Assembly (NCBI RefSeq): GCF_000172995.2
Contig: NC_014736.1
Coordinates: 1 to 32,000, forward strand
Direction of reading: 5' to 3'
From: Halogeometricum borinquense DSM 11551
GTDB lineage: Archaea > Halobacteriota > Halobacteria > Halobacteriales > Haloferacaceae
DNA length: 32,000 nt
Shown: in pieces, positions 1 through 9,681 of the stretch
How the letters are laid out: each line of letters begins with the position of its first letter
Position numbering within the stretch: position 1 is the first letter of the stretch
The notes under the pieces: model-generated
Told to the model about the DNA's origin: nothing
Database searches by the model: none
What the model saw: the letters and a program-made list of their open reading frames with translations, nothing else
Program-made: the position numbers and the translations under genes

Positions 1-496
1 CCGCGACATACTATTGCACGGTTGACATAAACTATTTTGAAACAACTTATTTAATCTCTGAGATAGAACAAAGCAGATCCGTCAAATTCACTCGACAACA
101 TGGAGTGATTTCGGTATGGGACAATCTAGAAACTCTTTGCTTCGACGCTCCTTCTCTACGCCTCAATTCATATCTCAATTTGCTTAACTCCGGGTCTATT
201 TTCAGCGCGTACTTGCGTCGTTCACTGGTAGTGCTGAGCGACCATCTTCTTGTGAGGTATTATCTAACATATTTCAAAAATCTTCATTATGCCCCAGCCC
301 CTATCTACAAATCCAACGGGAACGGTGAGGACCCACTGGACGATCGGTCTTGAACCGTCTGCAAGGATGGAGAAGAGACCGGTTAGGAGCGAACACTAAA
401 GGACCTGTAACAGGGTCACAAGGTCAAAGCCCGAAGGAGAACCGAATCAACCCAAGAACCTCGTCGCCTAGGAGATGAGGTGTGAAGGCCAAGTAA

Positions 497-573
497 CGGA
501 CATCATGTAAGTGATGTTCGCGAAACCGGCGCAAGCCGGACGGGTCGTACGGGTTGTGGAAAACGTCTCCCGT
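497..573 (+). ncRNA. Candidate structured RNA core (unclassified): three adjacent hairpins, two capped by GNRA tetraloops
   Basis: Hairpin 497-520 has a 10-bp stem, including two G-U pairs, closed by a GUAA loop (507-510). Hairpin 526-539 is ccggc-GCAA-gccgg. Hairpin 540-573 pairs acggg with cccgt. The G-U pairs become A-C mismatches on the minus strand, which favours the plus strand. There is no credible ORF in 1-797. Confidence 0.25.
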
Positions 574-684
574 CCAGGTCCAATTCGCTGTTCTCGTGGG
601 ATTTCCGGCCATTCTGCTTTCATTAGTTCGATTACCTAGTCTGTGGCTTCGCTCTGGAGACACTCAAACGAACAATCGAGCGAG

Positions 685-704
685 CCGTTCCACGGTTGGA
701 ACGG
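685..704 (-). terminator. Hairpin downstream of the BCCT gene (possible terminator)
   Basis: Perfect 7-bp stem ccgttcc/ggaacgg with a 6-nt loop, about 95 nt 3' of the BCCT stop. On the minus strand it is followed by the moderately T-rich ...gattgttcgttt... Confidence 0.25.
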
Positions 705-797
705 TGTGGTTGTAGTCATCCCCAGTAGATAGTTTAATTAGATGATTGACCGACAAAATCCTTCCAGAGAAGAGCAGTCGATCCTGTCTCTGAATTC

Positions 798-2387
798 TCA
801 GTCGTCGCTCGGTGAACTCGAATCTGATTGCCGAGTGAGAATCGTCTCGTTCTCTACGTTGATCTCACTGGAGTCCTGCACGTATTCCTTCGCGACGACA
901 TAACTCCCATAGAGGATAACGAGCAGCAGTAGCGAGAACGGTAGTGCCATCGTGACCGACAGCGACTGGATGGAGCTGAACTCCTTGAGTTCGAGCGACA
1001 TCATTCCGAAGAAGGCCAGTAATGCACCCCACCACGCGCGATTTCGGGGATTCGGATTTTCGTTACCGAGCGTAATCGCGGAGATCATGAACACCGCCGA
1101 GTCGAGTGAGGTGATGATGTAGCCTGCGATGACGAACACGAACAAGACCGCCAGTACCGCCCCAAGGGGAGTGATTTGCAGGGCCTTGGCGACAGCCGCA
1201 GGTTTGCCAGCAGCGGCCATGATGTCTGCGACTGGTTGCTGGTATCCCGGCGCAAGTACCCATCCGCCGATGAGTAGGTGTTGGATCCACGTCAGGAACG
1301 TCGGTACCACGACAAGGACGACGAACATTTCGCGGATGGTTCGTCCCTTCGAGACGCGAGCAACGAAACTCCCGACGAAGATACTCCAAGCGGCCCACCA
1401 TGCCCACCAGAATCCGGTCCAGTTGGCTGCCCAATTACCCGCGGATGTCGGCGCAGTGTAGAGCGACAGACGGAGCATCTCGCTGAGCCAGACGCCCGTC
1501 GCATCGAGACCGAGTTCGAACATGAAGATTGTCGGCCCGACCACGACAAGCAGCGCCATCGAAACACCGATCAGAAACATCGTCGCACGGGCAGCATTGC
1601 GGATCCCTTTTCTGAGGCCGAGCCAGACGTCACCGAGGAAGACAACGCCGATGAGCGCGAAGACCGCGTACGTCAGGACCGTTGCTTCGAGGTTAAACAC
1701 GCGGCCGAGAATGGCTGCCATCGTTTGCGCACTGAATCCGAGCGTCGTCGAAATGCCGCCGATAGTAGCGACAACCGCGGCCAGATTGACCATCCAATAG
1801 AGTCCGGGAATACGGTCTTCATCGACGATAGCGGTGAGCATCGAACTGATCTTGTAATCACCGACACCGTCGGTATAGACGATGATCCCAAACGCAATCG
1901 CAACGGGGAGGTACCACATTGCAAGGCCCGGGAACACCTCGTGGATGAACATAAACGCCAGCGCCATTGCCTCTACGGACGCACCTTGGACCGGATACGG
2001 CTTCGGCGGCGGATTGCTGACGATGGAGATGGGTTCTGCGACGCCCCAGATGAGAATGGACGCACCGAATCCGACGGTGAATACCATCGATAGCCACGAG
2101 AACAGGTCAAACTCCGGTTCGGCATCGGGACCGCCGATTCGGAGATGCCCATACTGCGAGAATACCATTAGCAGGACAACAATCAACAGAACGAATCCGA
2201 GGAGGATGAACCACCAACCGAAGTAATTGAGGACCCACGTTTTCGCGCCGATGAGCGTGCTACTCAGTAATGACGGGTTTAGGAGCCCGAACCCACCGAG
2301 AGCGAGCATCACACTCATCGCTACGACGAACATGATCTTCTCTGACCACGAGGCCTCTTCAAGCCCCAAAAGATACCACGTTTTCAT
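798..2387 (-). CDS. BCCT-family (betaine/carnitine/choline-type) secondary transporter
   Basis: 529-aa ORF with many hydrophobic segments. It carries the Trp-rich BCCT signature ...NWTGFWWAWWAAWSIFVGSFVARVSKGRTIREM... and an acidic C-terminal tail. Confidence 0.85.
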   Translation of the reverse strand: MKTWYLLGLEEASWSEKIMFVVAMSVMLALGGFGLLNPSLLSSTLIGAKTWVLNYFGWWFILLGFVLLIVVLLMVFSQYGHLRIGGPDAEPEFDLFSWLSMVFTVGFGASILIWGVAEPISIVSNPPPKPYPVQGASVEAMALAFMFIHEVFPGLAMWYLPVAIAFGIIVYTDGVGDYKISSMLTAIVDEDRIPGLYWMVNLAAVVATIGGISTTLGFSAQTMAAILGRVFNLEATVLTYAVFALIGVVFLGDVWLGLRKGIRNAARATMFLIGVSMALLVVVGPTIFMFELGLDATGVWLSEMLRLSLYTAPTSAGNWAANWTGFWWAWWAAWSIFVGSFVARVSKGRTIREMFVVLVVVPTFLTWIQHLLIGGWVLAPGYQQPVADIMAAAGKPAAVAKALQITPLGAVLAVLFVFVIAGYIITSLDSAVFMISAITLGNENPNPRNRAWWGALLAFFGMMSLELKEFSSIQSLSVTMALPFSLLLLVILYGSYVVAKEYVQDSSEINVENETILTRQSDSSSPSDD

Positions 2388-2752
2388 TCTCTGTTATCGG
2401 GTGAAAGAGCTGACTCTGTCGAAGCGTTTTGAAATACGATGTAACCACCGAGATCAATACTGTTGTTCTCAGTATTCCGAATCACAGTCGGGTATACCAA
2501 CAGGCCAAGGGTATCCATCGGAAAAACCCGTTGTCTCTAACGGCCTTCGTGAGATGTTACCGATATATACACCTATTCGGATTCAATCCGATAGAGCTCT
2601 CCCCCTTCTGTACCCGAACACGGCTCAGTCCGATGGTTCGATCCTGTAGCCGGTGACAACGCCACGTCAAAGCATAGTTGAAAATAGCGGGGGCGTTAGC
2701 GGACGACTGGTCGGGTTCAACCGACGTAGATTGCAGTTCGGATCGTGTCCGT

Positions 2753-2998
2753 TTACAGATCTTTAGCGACCCGAAGCTCGGTATCAGTTACCGTTTCGAC
2801 TGCCCCAGCAGGTACTTTGATATCATCTTCGTCGGCGTCACCAAATCCGAAGCCCTGAATCACTGCCTCGGCGATATCCGGATCTGGTTCGACGTACGCC
2901 ACCTGCGCGTCCGTGTCCACTTCAGTTATGATTCCAATCTGTTCGGCTTCCTCGTCCATGAGATACTTCCCTTCGTCGGCGGTTGACAGGACGGACAT
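2753..2998 (-). CDS. Small, very acidic hypothetical protein (81 aa)
   Basis: The ORF has typical haloarchaeal acidic composition (MSVLSTADEGKYLMDEEAEQIGIITEVDTD...). It sits alone between two intergenic stretches. Function not recognised. Confidence 0.5.
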   Translation of the reverse strand: MSVLSTADEGKYLMDEEAEQIGIITEVDTDAQVAYVEPDPDIAEAVIQGFGFGDADEDDIKVPAGAVETVTDTELRVAKDL

Positions 2999-3121
2999 AC
3001 GGCCAAAAAATGTCTATGGGAATACAAAAAACCAGCACATTACATATTATCGCAAAAGAGGGAGTCGCGGAGCAGCGGTGAGCAAAGATCCGAACCGAGG
3101 GCAAACTGCCGAACGCCTCGC

Positions 3122-3854
3122 TCAGGGTTTCGTCTTCCGGTTTCGACCTGTTTCTTTGTTTCGCTTGGGCCGACTCAAAAGCGGTGCGACAGCTTTCAGA
3201 ATCTTCGCCTCGGAGCGACGAAGGTGTTCGCCGACCGTTGAGGTGTTCGCGGTATCCTGTTCGGCGAGGTCGGCGATGTTGCACCCGCGTGGTGAATCGT
3301 AGTATCCCTCGTCGATGGCGCGACCGAGAACCTCACGCTGGCGCGGCGAGAGATCTTGGACAGCCCTGTTTGACCTCGCTCAGCCCCGTAAGTAGCCGGT
3401 CGAGTTCTGGCGTCCGAAGCGAATCGACCTCCACGTGGCCGATTTTCTGGAGTTCCTCGTGAGTTCGGCTGACCTGTTCGTGGTCGGAGGCGATGACGCT
3501 CCAGTGTTCGCGGCCGCCGGTCACTGTCGCCGGGACGGTGGGGAAACAGCGGTTGCGAAGCAGAACGTTCAACACGGGCTCTGTGTCCGTCTCGTAGTCG
3601 CCGGCCAAACTGACGAACGCCGTCTCGCGGTCCGCATCGTAGCTGACAAGCTGGGCCACTGTCATCACCTCGTGGTCGTTGAGCCACTCGACGAACGCGT
3701 CTGCATCGGAGACGTTCGTCGCCTCGATCATGGTGATTGAAATCCCTAATAACCGGTAGGAGTAGATGATCGCCGCTGAAATGTCCGGGAATCGGTCGTT
3801 CAGGTTCTCTGTCCAGCACCCTTCGTGTCGGATTCGGAACGTATATTCTAGCAT
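3122..3854 (-). pseudogene. HTH_10 (bacterio-opsin-activator-like) transcriptional regulator, frameshifted
   Basis: The N-terminal part (MLEYTFRIRHEGCWT..., frame of ORF 3333..3881) ends at ...LSEVKQGCPRSLAAPA*. My hand translation of a second minus-strand frame from about 3379 gives ...AVQDLSPRQREVLGRAIDEGYYDSPRGCNIADLAEQDTANTSTVGEHLRRSEAKILKAVAPLLSRPKRNKETGRNRKTKP*, with the stop at 3122-3124. That is the canonical HTH_10 domain. The shift lies at about 3353-3379. Confidence 0.75.
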
Positions 3855-3946
3855 TTGTGATCTGTACCTATTTGGTAGCAATTAGCAATCCACTTAGATA
3901 CCACTACCCCCGCAAATATCCGGTGTGGTAAATAGTGGCGAAGGTG

Positions 3947-4762
3947 TCAGTTATCCTTCGCTTCTTCACGGAATTCGATGATGACCGCGCCGACGACGAG
4001 TAGGAGCGAGACGTAGAAGATGAGTGATGCCACGGCGGGCACTACTGGCGTGAATCCCTGTGTCATCCGTCCGTGTATCCAAGTGGTGATGGTGCTTTCG
4101 ACACCCGAGAGATACGAGACGATGTAGTAGTTGTTCCATGCTAAGACGAACGCGAAGATAGCACCGGAGACGACGCCGTCTTTGATGAGCGGGAGTACGA
4201 TCTTGGTGTACAGCGTAATCGAGTCTGCACCCAAGTCGCGTGCGGCCTCCTCAACGTTCGGATCGACCCCCAGCGCCGTGATGGAGACGACGAACATCAC
4301 GATGGGAGAGATCCAGACGAGTTCGCCAACGATAGCCGGCAGGACGCCGTAACCCAGGCCGACGACACTAGCCCACATCGACATTCCAAGCCCGAGCAGG
4401 ATGAGCGGGAAGAAGATGGGCAACAGCGCCAGCAGTTTGAACTTGTCCTGGTAGGGGAACTCGTGTCGCGTGTAGGCGATGGCACCGCCGGTGCCGATGA
4501 TGGTGCTGATGATCGTGACCGGCACGGCGATGCGAACCGTGTTCATGAACGCCGAGCGGATGCTCCCCGATCCGAGCGCCGCTTCGTACCAGTGCAGCGT
4601 GAACTCGTAGTCCACGATGGAGAAGAACCGGCCGTCGTAGAACGACGCGATAACTAGACTCAGCAGTGGCAGGACGAAAAACAGCGCCACCAGAGCCACG
4701 TAGGCGTACCACGAGCCAGCTTTCAACTTGGCAACGAGCGGGCTAGTCCGCGCGGTGCTCAT
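3947..4762 (-). CDS. ABC transporter permease (PotC-like, polyamine-type)
   Basis: 271-aa polytopic membrane ORF with an EAA-loop-like ...EEAARDLGADSITLYTKIVLPL.... It shows a 4-nt ATGA overlap with the upstream permease gene. Confidence 0.85.
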   Translation of the reverse strand: MSTARTSPLVAKLKAGSWYAYVALVALFFVLPLLSLVIASFYDGRFFSIVDYEFTLHWYEAALGSGSIRSAFMNTVRIAVPVTIISTIIGTGGAIAYTRHEFPYQDKFKLLALLPIFFPLILLGLGMSMWASVVGLGYGVLPAIVGELVWISPIVMFVVSITALGVDPNVEEAARDLGADSITLYTKIVLPLIKDGVVSGAIFAFVLAWNNYYIVSYLSGVESTITTWIHGRMTQGFTPVVPAVASLIFYVSLLLVVGAVIIEFREEAKDN

Positions 4763-5697
4763 CGCTTCCCACCTCGTGAGGCGATTTCTTTGAGGTCGAT
4801 GGTCCGGAGGATGATGACGCCGGCCACAACCGTGATGAGCAACAGTCCAACCGCCTGTGCTGATCCGAGCGGCCAGTTTTGGCTGTATCCGAACGAGTAG
4901 TTGATGTTGCTTGCCATGGTGTACACGGAACCGCCGCCGAGGATCTGTGCCTCGACATCCGCACCCAACGTGAGGATGAACACGAACAGCGAGCCGATGA
5001 TGATACCCGGCATACTGAGCGGCAGCAGTATCTTCCGGAACATCGTCAGCTTGTTCGCGCCGAGATCCGCGGCCGCCTCGAACGTCGTATCCTCGATGCT
5101 CAGAAGCGACAGGTAGATCGGGAACAGCATGAACGGCATGTAGACGTAGGTCGTCCCGAGGATGATGGTCCAGCGCTGGTACATCATCGACGGATAGTTG
5201 GAGATCCCGAACAGGCCGACAATGCTGTCCAGCACGCCGTTTTGGACGAGGAACAGCGCCCAGCCGAACACGCGGATATTGACGCTGGTGAAAAGCGGGA
5301 TGATGAGCATCAGCAGGAATACTAACTTGTAACGCTTGATCTTCCGCGCGAGCGCGTACGCCGCCGGGTAGGAGAACACGAGTGTCGTCACGGTCGTAAT
5401 CGCACTAATGACGACGGTGTTACCCATGACCTGCCCGTAGATACCCGATCCGCTGAGGATTCCACTGATGATCTCGTCGTAGTTGGCGACCGTCCACAGC
5501 GACGGATCGAGTGAGATGGAGTTGGCTGGCTGGATCGAGAACAGCACGATGGCAACCATCGGGCCGACGAACATGAACAGCAGCAGCACTGTCAGCGGCA
5601 GCATGAACAGGTACGGTGGCCGTAACAGCGCCATCACGGGGTTATCATGCTCGGAGGCGTCGTAGAACGCGCCACGGAGAGATTCGATAGTTGACAT
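4759..5697 (-). CDS. ABC transporter permease (PotB-like)
   Basis: Polytopic ORF with ...FEAAADLGANKLTMFRKILLPL.... I trimmed the start to MSTIESLRG..., whose ATG shares one base with the TAA stop of the ATPase gene (TAATG). This suggests translational coupling. Confidence 0.8.
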   Translation of the reverse strand: MSTIESLRGAFYDASEHDNPVMALLRPPYLFMLPLTVLLLFMFVGPMVAIVLFSIQPANSISLDPSLWTVANYDEIISGILSGSGIYGQVMGNTVVISAITTVTTLVFSYPAAYALARKIKRYKLVFLLMLIIPLFTSVNIRVFGWALFLVQNGVLDSIVGLFGISNYPSMMYQRWTIILGTTYVYMPFMLFPIYLSLLSIEDTTFEAAADLGANKLTMFRKILLPLSMPGIIIGSLFVFILTLGADVEAQILGGGSVYTMASNINYSFGYSQNWPLGSAQAVGLLLITVVAGVIILRTIDLKEIASRGGKR

Positions 5698-6758
5698 TAT
5701 TCTGGCACCAGAATGGACTTTCTGGCGTCCCACTGGAGGTACGCGGTGTCACCGACTGCCAGATCGACGCCTTCGAACTTCTCGAAGTCCACCTCGGCGA
5801 CGTAGTCCTGATCGGAGTGGTCCGCCGACCCTTCGATAAGGACGGTGTTCCCGCGCACGAGGATGTTGTCGACGTGGACTTCGGCCCCGAAGTCCTTCCG
5901 GAGATCGGGTTCGACGATGCAGTCATCGTAGCGCACGACGAGGTACTCCGGCGGGATGTCGAGGTGGGTCTCGACCGGTCCCGAGTTCTCCAGCGCCGCG
6001 CTTGCGATGTCGGCCGTCCCGCCGGAGACGGTCTCCGCAGTCACGGGGAAGACGTTGGCGTCGCCCATGAACTCCGCGATGAACTTGTTGTTCGGCTCGC
6101 GGTAGATGTCCTCGGGCGGTCCCGTCTGGACGGTGTCGCCATCGTCCAGCACGAACAGCTTGTCGCTCATCACCAGCGCCGCCTCCAGTGAGTGGGTGAC
6201 GTAGATGAACGTCATGTCCAGTTCGACGTTGAGGTCGGCGAGTTCGCGCTGGAGTCGCTTCTGCAGGACGTAGTCCAGCGACGCGAGCGGTTCGTCCAAC
6301 AGCAGGATGTCCGGGTCGTACGCCAGCGACCGCGCCAGCGCGACGCGCTGTTTCTGTCCGCCGGAGAGTTCCGTCGCCTGCTTGTCTGCGTGGACCTCGG
6401 GGTCGAGTCGGACCTGTTCGAGCAACTCCTCGACCTGCCCGTTGACCTCCCGACCAGTGTTCTTGATCGGGAACTCGATGTTCTCTCTGACGGTCATGTG
6501 GGGGAACAGCGCCCACGACTGGAACACCAGGCTGGTCGGCCGCTTCTGTGGCGACGTGTAGGTGATGTCTTGGCCGTCTAGGTTGATCTCACCCGCAGTC
6601 GGTTCGAGGTGTCCGGCGAGCATCCGCAGCAACGTCGTCTTTCCGCAGCCAGACGGACCGACGATTGTAGCGAACTCGCCGGTTTCGATCTCCAGGTCCA
6701 CGTCGTTGACTGCGACGAGCGATCCATACTCCTTTCGTAGATTCGTAGCCGTTAACAT
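5697..6758 (-). CDS. ABC transporter ATP-binding protein (PotA-like, with a C-terminal regulatory/TOBE-like extension)
   Basis: Walker A is GPSGCGKTT, the signature motif is LSGGQKQRVALARSL and Walker B is LLLDEPLASLD. Length 353 aa. Confidence 0.9.
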   Translation of the reverse strand: MLTATNLRKEYGSLVAVNDVDLEIETGEFATIVGPSGCGKTTLLRMLAGHLEPTAGEINLDGQDITYTSPQKRPTSLVFQSWALFPHMTVRENIEFPIKNTGREVNGQVEELLEQVRLDPEVHADKQATELSGGQKQRVALARSLAYDPDILLLDEPLASLDYVLQKRLQRELADLNVELDMTFIYVTHSLEAALVMSDKLFVLDDGDTVQTGPPEDIYREPNNKFIAEFMGDANVFPVTAETVSGGTADIASAALENSGPVETHLDIPPEYLVVRYDDCIVEPDLRKDFGAEVHVDNILVRGNTVLIEGSADHSDQDYVAEVDFEKFEGVDLAVGDTAYLQWDARKSILVPE

Positions 6759-6802
6759 TGGTATCAGTGCGTTTCTGAGATCCCAACTGCGAGAAGAACA
6801 GC

Positions 6803-8032
6803 TCAGATGCGTGCCTTCGCTTCTCGCCAGATGGGTTCGAACTTGTTCAGATCCGGGATGCCGGTGTAGAACACCGAGCGTTCGAGGATGTCCGGGATGT
6901 CGTCAACTCGGAGCACCTCGCGCTGTCTGTCGTTGTAGTTCTCCCAAGCCGTCTTGTGCGGGACGACGTTCGTCCCACCGGATGTCGGCCAAGAGAGTTT
7001 CAGTGCGTTCTCGCCTTGCTGCATGTACGCGAGGTAGCTGTCCGAGACCGTCGGCTGTTCTCCCTTGACGAATGCGGTCGTCTCGACCCAGATGACGCCG
7101 CCTTCTTCGGGCACGTGGGCCTCGAACTGGAGGTTGCCACCGCGTCTGAGGGTGCCGTTAATCCAGTTGCCCGAGATGAACCCGATGTCGATCTCACCAG
7201 ATTTCAGCGCCTGATTCATCGACGCGAAATCCGGAAGCAGGGTCTTCGCGTTGTCGAAGAGGTCGAACGTCGCCTGTCGGACCTGCTCGACCTCCTCGTC
7301 GGTGTGTTCTTTGTACGGGTCGATACCTTCACGCAGCATGATTATCTGGATTCCCCAGAACATCAGGTCGTAGACGCCGACGTCGTACTCTTCGGACCAC
7401 GCCGCGTCGTAGGTCTTGTAGTCGTCCGCCGAGACGGTGTCTTTGTTCACGACGAACGACGCCCAGCCGAAGCGCTGGGGAGCACCGTACATCTTCCCGT
7501 CGAGGTCGAACGTGTAGTCGTCCTCGTTGACGAAAGCGTACTTGTAGCCGTTCTGTTTCTGGAAGACGTCGATGTACTGGTCGAAGGTGTACGGTTTCCA
7601 GTCTTCGTAGCTGATGGGTCGGATGAGGCCCGCTTCGGCGAGGCGCGGAATCCACGCCATATCGAAGGTGGCTTGGTGGAACTGCTTCCACTCGCCGGAC
7701 TTGAGACGGTTGAACGCCTTCGGGTTCGACGTGAACAGATCCAGTTGCGTGTTGCAGTCGAACTGTTCACGGAACGGGTCCTGCACGTTCGAGGCGTCGT
7801 ATCCCGTCCACGTCAGGTGGTTGATCGTCTCGCCCTCCTTGTCGTTCTCGTTCGGCGAGTACAGGGCGTCGTACTCCTTTGCCGGCACCATCGCCAGCGG
7901 CTGTGTACGCCAACTCCCGCCGTCACTACCGCTGTCGCCGCCGCCACCGGAACATCCTGCCACGCTGGCGACACCAGTCGTCGCAGCCGCTTCCATCAAC
8001 CGTCGTCGAGTGAGGCTTGGTTTGTCAGTCAT
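6803..8032 (-). CDS. ABC transporter substrate-binding lipoprotein (PotD/PotF-like, family-1 solute-binding protein)
   Basis: Tat motif plus lipobox: MTDKPSLTRRRLMEAAATTGVASVAGCSGG. The PotD-like core is ...LTWTGYDASNVQDPFREQF...FTSNPKAFNRLKSGE.... It is the first gene of the four-gene ABC unit. Confidence 0.8.
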   Translation of the reverse strand: MTDKPSLTRRRLMEAAATTGVASVAGCSGGGGDSGSDGGSWRTQPLAMVPAKEYDALYSPNENDKEGETINHLTWTGYDASNVQDPFREQFDCNTQLDLFTSNPKAFNRLKSGEWKQFHQATFDMAWIPRLAEAGLIRPISYEDWKPYTFDQYIDVFQKQNGYKYAFVNEDDYTFDLDGKMYGAPQRFGWASFVVNKDTVSADDYKTYDAAWSEEYDVGVYDLMFWGIQIIMLREGIDPYKEHTDEEVEQVRQATFDLFDNAKTLLPDFASMNQALKSGEIDIGFISGNWINGTLRRGGNLQFEAHVPEEGGVIWVETTAFVKGEQPTVSDSYLAYMQQGENALKLSWPTSGGTNVVPHKTAWENYNDRQREVLRVDDIPDILERSVFYTGIPDLNKFEPIWREAKARI

Positions 8033-8361
8033 TGCTCACCGTGCATTCCTGTTTCCGGATGCGATGCGGATGATATCCCTCGTATCGGCTGTTTTCTGAC
8101 TCATCACGGATTTTCATGACCTAGTGAGAGGCATTACCATTCTGCCGGCTACATGTGGTGATTTATAACACCCCCCAAGATTGATATCCTCTTTCAAACT
8201 CTCGGCATCCCCTTTAGAGGGCGTTGATGGAACGCTGGTGACGGTCGGCACGGGGAATTCTCTCCATCGCTTCTGTTTGCCAATCGGGACACCGTGCGAA
8301 GGACAGTGTCTGAGAAGGACCCCCGAGACGGAAAAAGCGATACTGAGCGAGTCGGAACCGT

Positions 8362-9555
8362 TCAGAGGACGTTGCGGTACTCCAGTTCGCCGTCGAAAGC
8401 GCGTCCGAGGATCGTCTCGATATCCTCTTGGCGCGTTTGTCGTGGATTGCCGGTGAGACTCCCATCGTTGAGCGCGTTCGCTGCGAGTTCCGGAATGGCG
8501 TCGCGCTCGGCGTCGGTGTCTGCCAACGTCTCTGGTATTCGGACGCTGTCGCCGAGTTCGCGCGCTGCACGGACTGCTTTGTAGGCTTCACGCCGGACGG
8601 GAGCGTTGTGGTCGATGTCCTCGCCGAGGCGCTCGGCGACGGCGACAAACTTCTCGGGTACCTGCGGGAGATTGTACTCCATCACGTAGGGAAGGACGAT
8701 GGCGTTGATGAGTCCGTGAGGGACGCCGAACTTCCCACCGACCTGATGAGAGATGGCGTGGACGGCACCCAGCCCGGCCCCGTTGAAGGCCATCCCGGCC
8801 TGTGAGGAGGCTCTGGCCATCTTCCCGAGCGCTTCGTCGTCGCCACCGCGGTACTCGACCGCGCGCGGAAGGTACTTGCCAACCTTCTCGATGGAGTCCA
8901 GTGCGAGCGAGGAAGTCTGACTCTGAGCTTTGATCGAGACAAACGCCTCGATGGCGTGAGTCAGCACGTCCATTCCGGTCGCGGCCTTGACCGGTGCGGG
9001 CGCGCTGGCGGTGAGTTGTGGATCGATCAGCGCGAGATCGGCCAGTAGTTCCACGTCACCGATCTCCTCTTTGATGTCAGTCTCGCTGTCGCGGACGATA
9101 CACCAGTGACCGACCTCGCTCCCGCTGCCGGACGTGGTTGGCATGTAGATGGTCGGCGGCGTGTCGTATTCGACGTTGCTGACGCCCTCGTAGTTGAGGA
9201 TGTGACCGCCGTTGGTTGCGAGGATGGAGGCGGCCTTCGCGGTGTCCATCGACGAGCCGCCGCCGATGCCGATGAGCATGTCTGCGTCTGCCTTGTCGTA
9301 CATCTCGGCGGCCTCGTGAACGACGGTGTCGGTCGGATCGGGAACGACACCGTCGAAGACGGCGTAGTCTTTCCCGGCGTCTTCGATGGCGTCGAGAACG
9401 GGGTCGAGGACACCCGCAGCGCGGACGCCTTCGTCGGTTACGATGAGTGCGCGCTCGGCACCGAACGATTCGAGGTACGTACCCGTCTCGGCTGCTGTGC
9501 CGTGCCCGAACAGGATGCGGTTCGGGACGTTCCACATGTGGCTGTTTTGAGTCAT
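8362..9555 (-). CDS. Iron-containing (group III) alcohol dehydrogenase
   Basis: GGGSSMDTAKA nucleotide-binding motif and His-rich metal motif ...HAISHQVGGKFGVPHG.... I trimmed the start to MTQNSHMWNVPNRILFG (ATG at 9555). Confidence 0.85.
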   Translation of the reverse strand: MTQNSHMWNVPNRILFGHGTAAETGTYLESFGAERALIVTDEGVRAAGVLDPVLDAIEDAGKDYAVFDGVVPDPTDTVVHEAAEMYDKADADMLIGIGGGSSMDTAKAASILATNGGHILNYEGVSNVEYDTPPTIYMPTTSGSGSEVGHWCIVRDSETDIKEEIGDVELLADLALIDPQLTASAPAPVKAATGMDVLTHAIEAFVSIKAQSQTSSLALDSIEKVGKYLPRAVEYRGGDDEALGKMARASSQAGMAFNGAGLGAVHAISHQVGGKFGVPHGLINAIVLPYVMEYNLPQVPEKFVAVAERLGEDIDHNAPVRREAYKAVRAARELGDSVRIPETLADTDAERDAIPELAANALNDGSLTGNPRQTRQEDIETILGRAFDGELEYRNVL

Positions 9556-9681
9556 GGTATCGTTGCTCCCGGTCGTGACAGTGGACCGGCAGTATCTGTC
9601 TAGTAGACATCGCTTCCGGGCATACCGATTCTGCCACACACCTGCGAGCGTTTAAGTACGCTGTGAAAATGAGGATCGAAG

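Noticed and set aside
105-353. 82-aa plus-strand ORF in the AT-rich leftmost region.
   Set aside because: It uses a non-ATG start and has a Leu/Ser/Tyr/Asn-rich, non-acidic composition with no motif. It is most likely a chance ORF in AT-rich DNA.
338-660. tRNA-like T-loop strings (minus-strand ggttcaagacc at about 349-359, plus-strand gttcgatta at about 626-634). Also possible group II intron domain V, RNase P or SRP RNA.
   Set aside because: The flanking bases do not form 5-bp T-stems or acceptor/D/anticodon arms. The sequence flanking the GCAA hairpin cannot form the domain V lower stem. No RNase P CR-I/CR-V or SRP helix-8 consensus strings are present, and G+C is far below that of haloarchaeal SRP or RNase P RNAs.
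1278-2093. 271-aa plus-strand ORF, and several others at 1063-2226, overlapping the BCCT gene.
   Set aside because: These are antisense or alternate-frame shadow ORFs typical of high-GC DNA. They are Arg/Asp/His-rich low-complexity sequences with no recognisable motif. The BCCT frame explains the region.
3196-3819. 207-aa minus-strand ORF in a third frame across the HTH_10 locus.
   Set aside because: It is Arg/Pro-rich with no motifs. The recognisable N-terminal and HTH_10 segments lie in the other two frames.
6956-8119. 387-aa plus-strand ORF antisense to the substrate-binding protein gene.
   Set aside because: It is Arg/Val/Leu-rich and has no motifs. It lies entirely inside a confidently called minus-strand CDS.
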